Virus record (IMG/VR): IMGVR_UViG_3300045999_003247
Coordinates: 1 to 62,477 of that record
Source of the DNA: a virus
Taxonomy: Duplodnaviria; Caudoviricetes
Length of the DNA: 62,477 bases
Direction: 5' to 3' (one strand)
Position 1 is the first letter of the stretch. Each line of letters begins with the position of its first letter. A model generated the notes under the pieces. It was not told the origin of the DNA, did no database searches, and worked only from the letters and a program-made list of their open reading frames with translations. A program made the position numbers and the translations under genes. Positions 46,855 to 54,854 of this stretch are shown piece after piece.

Positions 46855-47760
46855 TTATGCGCCCGGCGAACCGAAGATCCCGCGAGGATCGCTAAAGCCG
46901 AAGCTATAGCGCTCACGAGCCTTGTACCGCACGTTACCGGTGTCGAAGTCGCCCTCGAAACCAGTCTTGATGGCCACGCGCTGGAACATCTTCATGCCGT
47001 TCGGAGCGTCGGTCTTGATAAACCATGCGTCCGGGTCGGTCAGGAAGTGGTTCACGGTGTAGCCTTGCGGCACCATGCCCATGTTGCGAACGGCGTTCAG
47101 ATCGTTGTCTGCCGTGCCAACCCGCAGGGTGGACTTCAGAATGCGATCCGCCGTGAACATGAGTTCCTTCGGGATAAGCAGCTTCAGACCCTGAACCGCG
47201 ATCTTTAGACCACGCTCGTCCGTGAACGCAGCGATGTCGATGAGCGCCTGTTCCAGCGAGGTTTCGCTGAGGTCCGCCGAGGTTGCCAACTCGTTCGACA
47301 GGTCCGGACCCGACAGGGTCGGGTGGTCCGTCGCGCACAGTGCCTTCCCGTCACCGCCCAGCGACGTGGTGAACGCGCCGTTCAGAATGGAAGCAGCTTT
47401 GATCTGCTTGGTCTGTGCCATCGAGCGCGCCAGTGCCTTGGTGTACCGAGCGGCAAGACGGTCATAGAGGTTGTCCTCAATGGCCTCTTCCGTCAGCGAG
47501 AAGGCAAGTGCAATCGTCTCGTGGGTATAGCGCGCAGTGAAGGTTTCTTGTGCTTGGTCGTATGCGACGCCTGCACCTTCCGTCTTCACCGGAGCTTCGC
47601 CAAAGCCCGATTCCATTACCTCTTCCTCGAACGCACGATCAGAGGTCTCTACCGCGTAAATCTCGGCATGCTCGTTCTCGTAGTTCTTGTACTCAAGGCC
47701 GAACAGGGCGTTAAGGCCCGGTTCCAGCTCTTTTACCAGTTGTGCACGTGAAATTGCCAT
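46855..47760 (-). CDS. Major capsid protein
   Basis: MAISRAQLVKELEPGLNALFG, S.RAFEE, RYTHET.AL, FLTD.DAWF, RERYSFG.SDPRG. Confidence 0.9.
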   Translation of the reverse strand: MAISRAQLVKELEPGLNALFGLEYKNYENEHAEIYAVETSDRAFEEEVMESGFGEAPVKTEGAGVAYDQAQETFTARYTHETIALAFSLTEEAIEDNLYDRLAARYTKALARSMAQTKQIKAASILNGAFTTSLGGDGKALCATDHPTLSGPDLSNELATSADLSETSLEQALIDIAAFTDERGLKIAVQGLKLLIPKELMFTADRILKSTLRVGTADNDLNAVRNMGMVPQGYTVNHFLTDPDAWFIKTDAPNGMKMFQRVAIKTGFEGDFDTGNVRYKARERYSFGFSDPRGIFGSPGA

Positions 47761-47773
47761 GGTTATTTACCCC

Positions 47774-48355
47774 TTACTGGCCAGCTACACCGGCACTGCC
47801 GTACAGGTGTTCGTTGATTTTAACAACTACGACAGTGTAGTTCGTAGCCAGTTCATTGCTAGGTACGTTCCACATGCCAACCAGCTTGAGGTTCAGCGCT
47901 GCAGTAGTAGCAATCGTTGAAGAATCAAGCGTCATGTTGGACAGGCCGGTATCCGTAGAGCCCGTGGTGCTAGCAGTAACATCGGCGTTTTTGCCGAAGT
48001 CCGACTGCACCGCATCTTCATCACACTGGATGATAAAGAGCTGGTTCGGATCATCAATTACGTCGGCAATAATTTTGCCTTCGGAAACGTTGATGCTGCC
48101 CGGGTAGTAGTTTTTCCACGTCGGCTTTTTGGTCGTAGGATCGACGTAAAAGCAGCCGTTGAACACGCCTACCGCAGCAGTGTGCGACGCCGGTGCGAAC
48201 TTCAGGATGTAGCCATCCTTCAGCGTAACCAGATCGCCCTGAAAAATCGCCCCGGACTGGTTATCGGCAATTTCATACCCGTACTGCTTTTGACCACCAG
48301 TAGCAGACAGATTGCCGAGGGGACGCAGACCAAAGGGCTTATTTGCATTCGCCAT
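47774..48355 (-). CDS. Capsid cement / minor head protein
   Basis: N.PFGLRP, IFQGDLV, GVFNGC.Y.D, DDP; directly upstream of the MCP. Confidence 0.65.
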   Translation of the reverse strand: MANANKPFGLRPLGNLSATGGQKQYGYEIADNQSGAIFQGDLVTLKDGYILKFAPASHTAAVGVFNGCFYVDPTTKKPTWKNYYPGSINVSEGKIIADVIDDPNQLFIIQCDEDAVQSDFGKNADVTASTTGSTDTGLSNMTLDSSTIATTAALNLKLVGMWNVPSNELATNYTVVVVKINEHLYGSAGVAGQ

Positions 48356-48378
48356 TTGTTATACCCTCAAAAAGTTAT

Positions 48379-48855
48379 TCACCGCTCCTTAGAGGAGCTG
48401 CCGAACGAAACACGGGACTTACGGTTCGGACGCTCGATTTGCATGCTCGAATGAGCGTTGCTCTTCATAAGCTCGTTATCCGCAGCCTGCATTTGGTCGT
48501 TCGCGCGTTGATTGTAATAGGCAGCACGCTCCTCTACGGTTTCTTGTGGGATACGAGCAAGAAGCAAGCCACCAACGCTGATCACGCCAGCATGGCGACC
48601 GTCATCCATCGTAGGTGCGGGAAAATCCGGGTGATCCTCAGACCGTACCAGCTCATATCCTTCACGAATACGGCCTGCAACATTTGTACGGTCTTCAACA
48701 CCACCAGCAGATGCCCGAATCCAACGGTGCTTGTATCCCATCGGCGCAGGGGGCGCATCAAGTCGCGAAGGAGGTGCCCACGGACGACGTCGCGCGTTCT
48801 TGAGCCGGGTCTCCGACTCACGAGAATCGCGATTCATAGGTTTGAAGTCGCTCAT
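48379..48855 (-). CDS. Conserved head-module protein
   Basis: W.PPS.L..P, HRWIR, REGYELV, GGLLLARIP. Confidence 0.7.
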   Translation of the reverse strand: MSDFKPMNRDSRESETRLKNARRRPWAPPSRLDAPPAPMGYKHRWIRASAGGVEDRTNVAGRIREGYELVRSEDHPDFPAPTMDDGRHAGVISVGGLLLARIPQETVEERAAYYNQRANDQMQAADNELMKSNAHSSMQIERPNRKSRVSFGSSSKER

Positions 48856-48860
48856 GTCAG

Positions 48861-49757
48861 TTACTCCTTGACGTACTTGGCGTATTCCTCAAGCGGAACG
48901 CCCAGCTTTTTTGCAATAGCCACTTGACTTGGGGTCAATCGGACAGTGCGGCGCGCAGAAGAGTTGATCCCAGAGGATCGTGAGGCCGGGGCTACCGTCT
49001 GCACGACACGGTTAGTCCTGCCTTGCGTCCCGGATGCATCCTGAAATTTTTGAGGAAAAGCATCTCGGATACGTTTATCTATTTCATCATAGTATTCGTC
49101 ACTGCTCGGGTCAATTCCTTCTATCTGAACAAGTTGACGATGAATTCCCCATGCAGCATGGGTCATTACAACATCCTGACCATACCACGGGTTCTTCTCT
49201 GCCCAATCCTCCACCCGCGGGTCAACCTGCTGCTGCGGCTGTTGGGCCGGCTGAGGCTGATACTGCTGCTGGGGCTGCGCCTGCTGTTGCTGCACGTACG
49301 CCTCATGCTGGGCGTTCGCAACCTGCAACTGAGAGTTTTCAAGCGTCAAAGCCGTAAGCCGCTGCTGGGCTTCCGTCTCCGTGTCAATATCGCCCTCTTC
49401 GCGCGCCTTGCGAATGATCTGCTTCAGCGCCACAACCTGTGTTTCAACACGATTGCGCGCCTCAACCAGACGTTCAGCGTCCGTGCGGACAAACTTCTGC
49501 TCAATCTGCTGCGCGTGCGCCTGTACCTGACGGGCGTAGTCGAGCGCCGCCTGCTCCCGACGCTCCGTCTCCCGAAGACGTGCCGTCAGCTTATGAATCC
49601 GCTTCTGAACACGGTCGTTGTACTCGTCAAGCTCCCGACCCTGCCCCTGCCCGCCTTCATCCGTAACAGTAGGGAGCGCCGGATCCTGTTCCACGACCGG
49701 CACCTGAACGGTGGCCGGCTCTTCGTTTTCACCAATGTTGAATTGTGCTTCTGACAT
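48861..49757 (-). CDS. Scaffolding protein
   Basis: Long coiled coil; W..KNPW; LTPSQVAIAKKLGVPLEEYAK C-terminus. Confidence 0.7.
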   Translation of the reverse strand: MSEAQFNIGENEEPATVQVPVVEQDPALPTVTDEGGQGQGRELDEYNDRVQKRIHKLTARLRETERREQAALDYARQVQAHAQQIEQKFVRTDAERLVEARNRVETQVVALKQIIRKAREEGDIDTETEAQQRLTALTLENSQLQVANAQHEAYVQQQQAQPQQQYQPQPAQQPQQQVDPRVEDWAEKNPWYGQDVVMTHAAWGIHRQLVQIEGIDPSSDEYYDEIDKRIRDAFPQKFQDASGTQGRTNRVVQTVAPASRSSGINSSARRTVRLTPSQVAIAKKLGVPLEEYAKYVKE

Positions 49758-49767
49758 GCCTAGCTCC

Positions 49768-50235
49768 TTACCACAAATGAAGAACGTCCTCAGGGTCAGC
49801 AACTACCCCCAAAACCTCGTCGTCGTTGATCAGCCGAATCTCCCCGCCGTCAATCGGGATGCGCGCGCCCGCGTAACGACCAAAGATGATCCAGTCCCCC
49901 TCCGCGCACCACGGGCCGGTGGAAAACTTGGATTCATCGGCATAGGCAAGAGAGCCCATCTTCAGCACGTAACCACAGACGGTGGTCAACTGCTGCTTAC
50001 GCTGCGTCTCTTCCGAAAGCACAATGCCGCCTTTAGTCTTCTCGGCGCCGCGATACGGCAGGATGGCAATGCGCCATCCCGTAGGAGAAGGAATGCGATC
50101 AATGACCGCTTGTTCGAGTTTCTCCGGCTTGAACCCTTCTGACGTGTAAGCGTCGTCCAGTGTCGGTACCCGGTTTGCTTCCTCTTCCGCCCACTTACGT
50201 TCCAGTGGGGTAAGTTCCATGTGTGGTCCTGCCAT
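49768..50235 (-). CDS. groES: GroES-like co-chaperonin
   Basis: P.GWRI, KTKGGIVL, GDWIIFGRYAG, RLINDDEVLG. Confidence 0.9.
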   Translation of the reverse strand: MAGPHMELTPLERKWAEEEANRVPTLDDAYTSEGFKPEKLEQAVIDRIPSPTGWRIAILPYRGAEKTKGGIVLSEETQRKQQLTTVCGYVLKMGSLAYADESKFSTGPWCAEGDWIIFGRYAGARIPIDGGEIRLINDDEVLGVVADPEDVLHLW

Positions 50236-50244
50236 TGGTTGCCC

Positions 50245-50445
50245 TCAGAGTAAAAAGCCGTCGTTGTCCGTTCTCGTTTCCAAAAGATCTTTCACGGACT
50301 GTTCTGCCAGCTTTAACCCCTCAAGACGACCCATCATGTAGCGATAACGCTCCATGTCAGAGATCGTGCCGTTCAGGATAATCTCCTCCGCCGCCGAGCG
50401 GAGCTTTCTGATTTCTTTCAGCACTGCGTCTGCAAATTCCAGCAT
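50245..50445 (-). CDS. Conserved small protein
   Basis: G...DME.YRYMMG..EGL. Confidence 0.65.
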   Translation of the reverse strand: MLEFADAVLKEIRKLRSAAEEIILNGTISDMERYRYMMGRLEGLKLAEQSVKDLLETRTDNDGFLL

Positions 50446-50463
50446 GGTAGAGTTCCATGAAAG

Positions 50464-50486
50464 CAGGCGGTTTAACGCACCGCCTG
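50464..50486 (-). terminator. Hairpin, possible terminator or attenuator
   Basis: CAGGCGGT-N7-ACCGCCTG followed by CTTTC. Confidence 0.4.
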
Positions 50487-50502
50487 AAGCGTAAAAGCAA
50501 GA

Positions 50503-50751
50503 TCAGTAAATACTGACCTTGCGATTCCCGTCTTTCTTCTTAACTACACGAGCCGGGGCGACCTCGCCACCGTCCTTCTTGTTGCGCGCCTTGCCTGCCT
50601 TGGCATAGGCAATCGCAGCCGCCTGCTTCACGGCAGCCGACTTGCTCTTAGGCTTGCTCGTGCCGATCTTTCCCTTCTCTTTGTACGCCCCAACCATCTC
50701 GCCGATGTTGGCGCTGATGGTCTTCTGGCTAGAGCCCTTTTTAAGCGGCAC
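50503..50751 (-). CDS. Small Lys-rich protein
   Basis: PLKKG.S..TIS.NI, KQAAAIA, KKDGGEV. Confidence 0.7.
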   Translation of the reverse strand: MPLKKGSSQKTISANIGEMVGAYKEKGKIGTSKPKSKSAAVKQAAAIAYAKAGKARNKKDGGEVAPARVVKKKDGNRKVSIY

Positions 50752-53062
50752 TGCGACCTCCTCGTGAGATTTGTAACTGTAGCTTCGCTTGATCCATCTG
50801 CATGGACTGCTGCGCCTTCTGCGTCTCCAACTGCAACTTCGCCTGATCCATCTGCATCTTCGCCTGATCTGCCGCAGCGCGCTGGTCCAGTTCCTGCTTC
50901 TTCAGGGCTACCAGCGGGTCTTCCTCGCCCCCGCCGGCAAGCTGGCTCTGCATGTCACGAACCTGCTGCATGTTGGTGGCACAACGGATAGCAACCATGC
51001 CTTCCTTCTGCAACGCCGACACCATCCGGTCAGGATCAGTGCCGTACATGCGGAACAGATCCGCCTCGACGTCTTCTTCCGACTTGATTCGGACGTGAGC
51101 CAAAATGTGCTGGTGCAGTTCCATCATGGCCATAGGATTCGACTGCATTGTCGGAGAAAGTGCCATCATCAAGTGCGCAGCAATGTGTGCATCGTGGTGC
51201 TGTCCCGCGAACGCCTTCAGTTTCATGCCGTTCAGCACAGAAGCGTTCTCGGTCATCGGATCACGGGGCATCTGGTTGTTCTGCGGGAGCAGAATACCGT
51301 CGATGTCGCGCACGTTCAGGGCCGCATAGACGCGGTAGTACGCTTCGTACATGTTGTGCATCTGCGGAGCAGACTGCGCCATGCCCAACTGCATCTGCGC
51401 GAGCTGTAGACGCTGCGCGCTGCTGAAGATGTTCGGGTCAGAAACCGGAACAACCGACACCAGTTTGTCAAAGTCAGTGCGCTTAACGCGTCGGCTGGCG
51501 CCGGGGACGTCATACGGGTACTCATCCGGTAGGTAGTACCCGAAACCCTCAAACAAAAGCCTAAATTCAAGCGATTGCGCGTAGTGCAGACGCTTGTGGA
51601 TGGCCGACATGACCATCGAACCGCGTTCCAGCAGCGCAATCGTCGTTCCGACCTGCGCATACTGGTTTCCATCGCCAACCTGCATGTCTGCAGTGCTAGA
51701 AAGGCGCTTCCCGGCCTCCACAACAAACCCGAGAAGCGTAAACAGAACCTGACTCGGCTCCTTGTACGGCAGCGGCAGCAAAGATGCCGAAAGTTCCGCC
51801 CCGCCCGCGTCAATATCGCGCCACTCGCCCGGCTGAATCGGGTCGGAGTCGTCCGCGATGCGCGCACCCTTGGCCTTAAAGCCCGCCGGCAGGTTTGCAA
51901 GCGTCCCGGCGTCAATCAGTTGACGCAAAGCGCTCGTTGCCGCCTTCGACAGGCCCCCAATCAGGTGTACAAAGCCCAGACCATACGCTCCGGGGCCCTC
52001 TACCAGCACGTAATGTACGAAATAGTTACGTCGGCAGCAGGTTTTGTCTTCTTCGCGCCAGTTTCGACGTATTCCGACGACCTGAAGCGTGTCTTCCACC
52101 ATCGTCACGACGTATGGCAGCTTTATGCCCGTCGGGTTTCCGGATTGGTCAAGGTCCTCAAATCCATGCAAGTCCAAATCGACCAGCATTTCGAGCAAAA
52201 ACACCTCATGACTCTCGTCAGAGGGCTGAAAACCGACCATTTTGTCAATTGCAGACTGGATTCGAGACGGATCATCAGAAGAAGGCTCAAGATCCGCGGC
52301 TACATCTAGGTATTCGCCCGCCAAAACACGCTTTCTGAATTCGTTTGAATCCATCGCAATGCGGTGAGTGAGCCGCGCGCACTGCGAAACGACGCTCGAA
52401 CCGTTGTACGGGATGTATACGTCGTCCGCCAGACACAACTTGGACACCATCCGGCCCAGTTGCATGTCGAAATAGACCTTTTTGAAGGTCGAACCGCCGT
52501 ATCCGGTGTAGTAAAGCAGTTGATCGAACTCAGGAGTGTACTCCTCCATGACGGTCGTCAACTGATAGTTCATGAAATCCTGAACGCGAGACGCCTGCTG
52601 GAACTTGTCCACCGTCTCTTTGCCCAAAACCTGCGTCCGAACAGGGCCGCTAGCCGGCATCAGCTCCTTAAACGCCTGCGCTTGGAACTGAATAATGGCC
52701 TCTTGGAGCATCGGGTGCGTCGTGCCTGACGCACCGCGGAAGGGTTTGCTGCGCTCTTCAATGCGAAGGCCCAACAGATCCAGTCCCTTGGCGTACATCT
52801 GCTCCCAATCAGACCTAGACGACTTGTCTGCCTCAAACAAAGCCGCCACGTCGAGAGCAATTCGACCCAAAACAGAAGGATCTACCACCTCTGCAAGGTT
52901 TGCGTAGAAGTCTACTTCCTTGTTGGACTTGGCATCCAACTCAACAATAGCGCCGCCTTCCTCATCAATAATGATCTCTACGTCCGGAAGCGCTTCCGCA
53001 TCTTCTGCGATGACCAGAATGCCGCTTTCCGGCGCCTGATTGACGGCTTTTTCTATAGGCAT
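50741..53062 (-). CDS. Portal protein
   Basis: D..SR..W, HP.L.EA..QFQA, G..FKK, LRQLIDAGTL.N, IHKRLH; Q-rich barrel-like C-terminus. Confidence 0.88.
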   Translation of the reverse strand: MPIEKAVNQAPESGILVIAEDAEALPDVEIIIDEEGGAIVELDAKSNKEVDFYANLAEVVDPSVLGRIALDVAALFEADKSSRSDWEQMYAKGLDLLGLRIEERSKPFRGASGTTHPMLQEAIIQFQAQAFKELMPASGPVRTQVLGKETVDKFQQASRVQDFMNYQLTTVMEEYTPEFDQLLYYTGYGGSTFKKVYFDMQLGRMVSKLCLADDVYIPYNGSSVVSQCARLTHRIAMDSNEFRKRVLAGEYLDVAADLEPSSDDPSRIQSAIDKMVGFQPSDESHEVFLLEMLVDLDLHGFEDLDQSGNPTGIKLPYVVTMVEDTLQVVGIRRNWREEDKTCCRRNYFVHYVLVEGPGAYGLGFVHLIGGLSKAATSALRQLIDAGTLANLPAGFKAKGARIADDSDPIQPGEWRDIDAGGAELSASLLPLPYKEPSQVLFTLLGFVVEAGKRLSSTADMQVGDGNQYAQVGTTIALLERGSMVMSAIHKRLHYAQSLEFRLLFEGFGYYLPDEYPYDVPGASRRVKRTDFDKLVSVVPVSDPNIFSSAQRLQLAQMQLGMAQSAPQMHNMYEAYYRVYAALNVRDIDGILLPQNNQMPRDPMTENASVLNGMKLKAFAGQHHDAHIAAHLMMALSPTMQSNPMAMMELHQHILAHVRIKSEEDVEADLFRMYGTDPDRMVSALQKEGMVAIRCATNMQQVRDMQSQLAGGGEEDPLVALKKQELDQRAAADQAKMQMDQAKLQLETQKAQQSMQMDQAKLQLQISRGGRSAA

Positions 53063-53112
53063 GGGCGGCAATCCTACTTATTTGCTACGCTTTTTGCTAG
53101 CGTGTGGAGGTT

Positions 53113-53466
53113 TTACTGGAGTGTTATTGTGAACTTTTGCGGCTTTCCCCGGCTAAATCTCCTCATGACCTCGTTTGATATGGCAGAGGTCTCAAGTTCA
53201 ACGGTCGTAACTGTTGCAACAAAGTACCAAGTACCCGACGAAAGGTCAGTTATTGAAAACTCGCGAGCATCGCCACTGACTGTGACGCTGTTGGTGTAGT
53301 TTCCCGACTCGGTTCCGTACAGCAGCTCGAAAGACAGGATCTCTTCTGGAGCAAGCGGCGTGCCGTCTTCATAAGCAGTCGGTGCAATCCACTTAATCGT
53401 TGCAGAGTAACTCGCAAGAGCAGTAGTAGGCAGCAGTAACAGCGCAGCTATAAGAACTTTGTTCAT
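53113..53466 (-). CDS. Secreted fibronectin type III domain protein (copy 2)
   Basis: Signal peptide ending ALA; same FN3 pattern as 5966-6334; ATGA coupling to the endolysin. Confidence 0.75.
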   Translation of the reverse strand: MNKVLIAALLLLPTTALASYSATIKWIAPTAYEDGTPLAPEEILSFELLYGTESGNYTNSVTVSGDAREFSITDLSSGTWYFVATVTTVELETSAISNEVMRRFSRGKPQKFTITLQ

Positions 53467-53951
53467 GATACACCCGTTAAAAATAAAGCTCGCTCATCTT
53501 GTCGGCGTTTTACAAGTCCCGGAAGCACACGGCCCGCCGCTTTTGTCCACTTCATGAACTCTTCCGCAGCTTCTTCGTACTCGCCACGGTTGATCTTCAT
53601 GCGCAAAGTGCTTCTTTGGAGATTCCCCAGACCTACATTAAAGGAGAACGAGACAAGAGCGTCAAACATTCCTTGCCGACCAACAGAAGCAGGGCAAGCT
53701 CTGGCCACGCCTTGCTCAAACCTGCCAAGGTCTTTAGCAAGAATAGCGTCAACCTCGTCCATGGTGAGCGCACGGTCCCAACCAGAGGGTATCGGTAGGT
53801 TCTTCCTGTCTTCATACTTAACCGAAATGTGGCTCGGATCAATGACGTGGCCCACGCCAACCGTCCACAAAAGCGCCGGACAACGGTACGGGCGAAGGCG
53901 GACGCCTTCGTGATGCTTGATCATCCGAATCGCTTCCGGACTGGTCTTCAC
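53463..53951 (-). CDS. Endolysin, GH24 lysozyme
   Basis: HEG.RL.PY.C....WTVGVGH, FDALVSFSFN.G, GLVKRR..E..LF. Confidence 0.93.
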   Translation of the reverse strand: MKTSPEAIRMIKHHEGVRLRPYRCPALLWTVGVGHVIDPSHISVKYEDRKNLPIPSGWDRALTMDEVDAILAKDLGRFEQGVARACPASVGRQGMFDALVSFSFNVGLGNLQRSTLRMKINRGEYEEAAEEFMKWTKAAGRVLPGLVKRRQDERALFLTGVS

Positions 53952-54433
53952 TTCTTGCTAAAAGCCTGAGAACCAAACCAAAACGCAATGATCGAGGACA
54001 GAATCAGCATTTCATCCTCGGAAAACACGTTCTCCATCGCCACCGCAAAGGCCACGCCTTGCGTGTAGGCGTACCAGACCCCCGCCGCGTTCAACGCCGC
54101 AAGCTCCAGTACAAAGATATACGTCACAACAGGACGCACCGACGCCCGCAGGTTGATCATCCACTGGCTGGCGCCCTTGCCAAGCTCAGTATCGTGCGCG
54201 TACAGCGCCTGCTTCTCCTGCGCGTCCGCCTGAATCTGGATCTGCTCAGTGCGGATCTCTTCTACCCGCTCCTGCGCCGCGAACCCGCGGCTGGCCATCT
54301 CCAGTTCCCGCTCTTTCTGGAGTTGCATGACCTCCAGTTCATGCCGCTTGTCCTGCCGGTCTTGAAAGACCTCAAGGATCTTCGGCAGCCCGCCTGCCAA
54401 GAAGCTCATGAACGTAGACAGCAGCGTCATCAT
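53948..54433 (-). CDS. Putative holin (3TM / GTA-holin-like)
   Basis: RASVRP, two C-terminal TM segments, FWFG; coupled to the endolysin. Confidence 0.65.
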   Translation of the reverse strand: MMTLLSTFMSFLAGGLPKILEVFQDRQDKRHELEVMQLQKERELEMASRGFAAQERVEEIRTEQIQIQADAQEKQALYAHDTELGKGASQWMINLRASVRPVVTYIFVLELAALNAAGVWYAYTQGVAFAVAMENVFSEDEMLILSSIIAFWFGSQAFSKK

Positions 54434-54435
54434 AG

Positions 54436-54849
54436 TCAGTTCCTCTTCGCAGACACGACATCGTTACCTTTGGTAACAGTTACGTGGTCGCCTTCTACGT
54501 CCACGCGCATCGGCATTTCCTCTCGGTCAAGCCGGTCCAACTTGTTGATCAAGTCCTTGATCACGCCAAATTCAGGCTTCTCTTGCTTCTCGTTAGCACC
54601 GGCAATGCCGTTCAGCATGCTGATCAAAGCTGTCAACGACGCGCCAAGCAGGCCCATGACCGCCGCAATCTTCTCGTTGTCCAAGACAAGGCTCGCGCCC
54701 ACGCCAATCGCCACGATCAACGTAATGTAGGCAAGCCCGTGCTTGCCAATCGCCTTGCCCGCAACCTCCTTCGCCGTGGAGTTTGCCTCCAACCGGTTCA
54801 GTTCCGCACGCGCCTGCGCCTTCAACAACCGAAGATCAACCGTCTCCAT
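54436..54849 (-). CDS. Two-TM membrane protein in the lysis module
   Basis: Two hydrophobic helices. Confidence 0.6.
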   Translation of the reverse strand: METVDLRLLKAQARAELNRLEANSTAKEVAGKAIGKHGLAYITLIVAIGVGASLVLDNEKIAAVMGLLGASLTALISMLNGIAGANEKQEKPEFGVIKDLINKLDRLDREEMPMRVDVEGDHVTVTKGNDVVSAKRN

Positions 54850-54854
54850 GTCTG

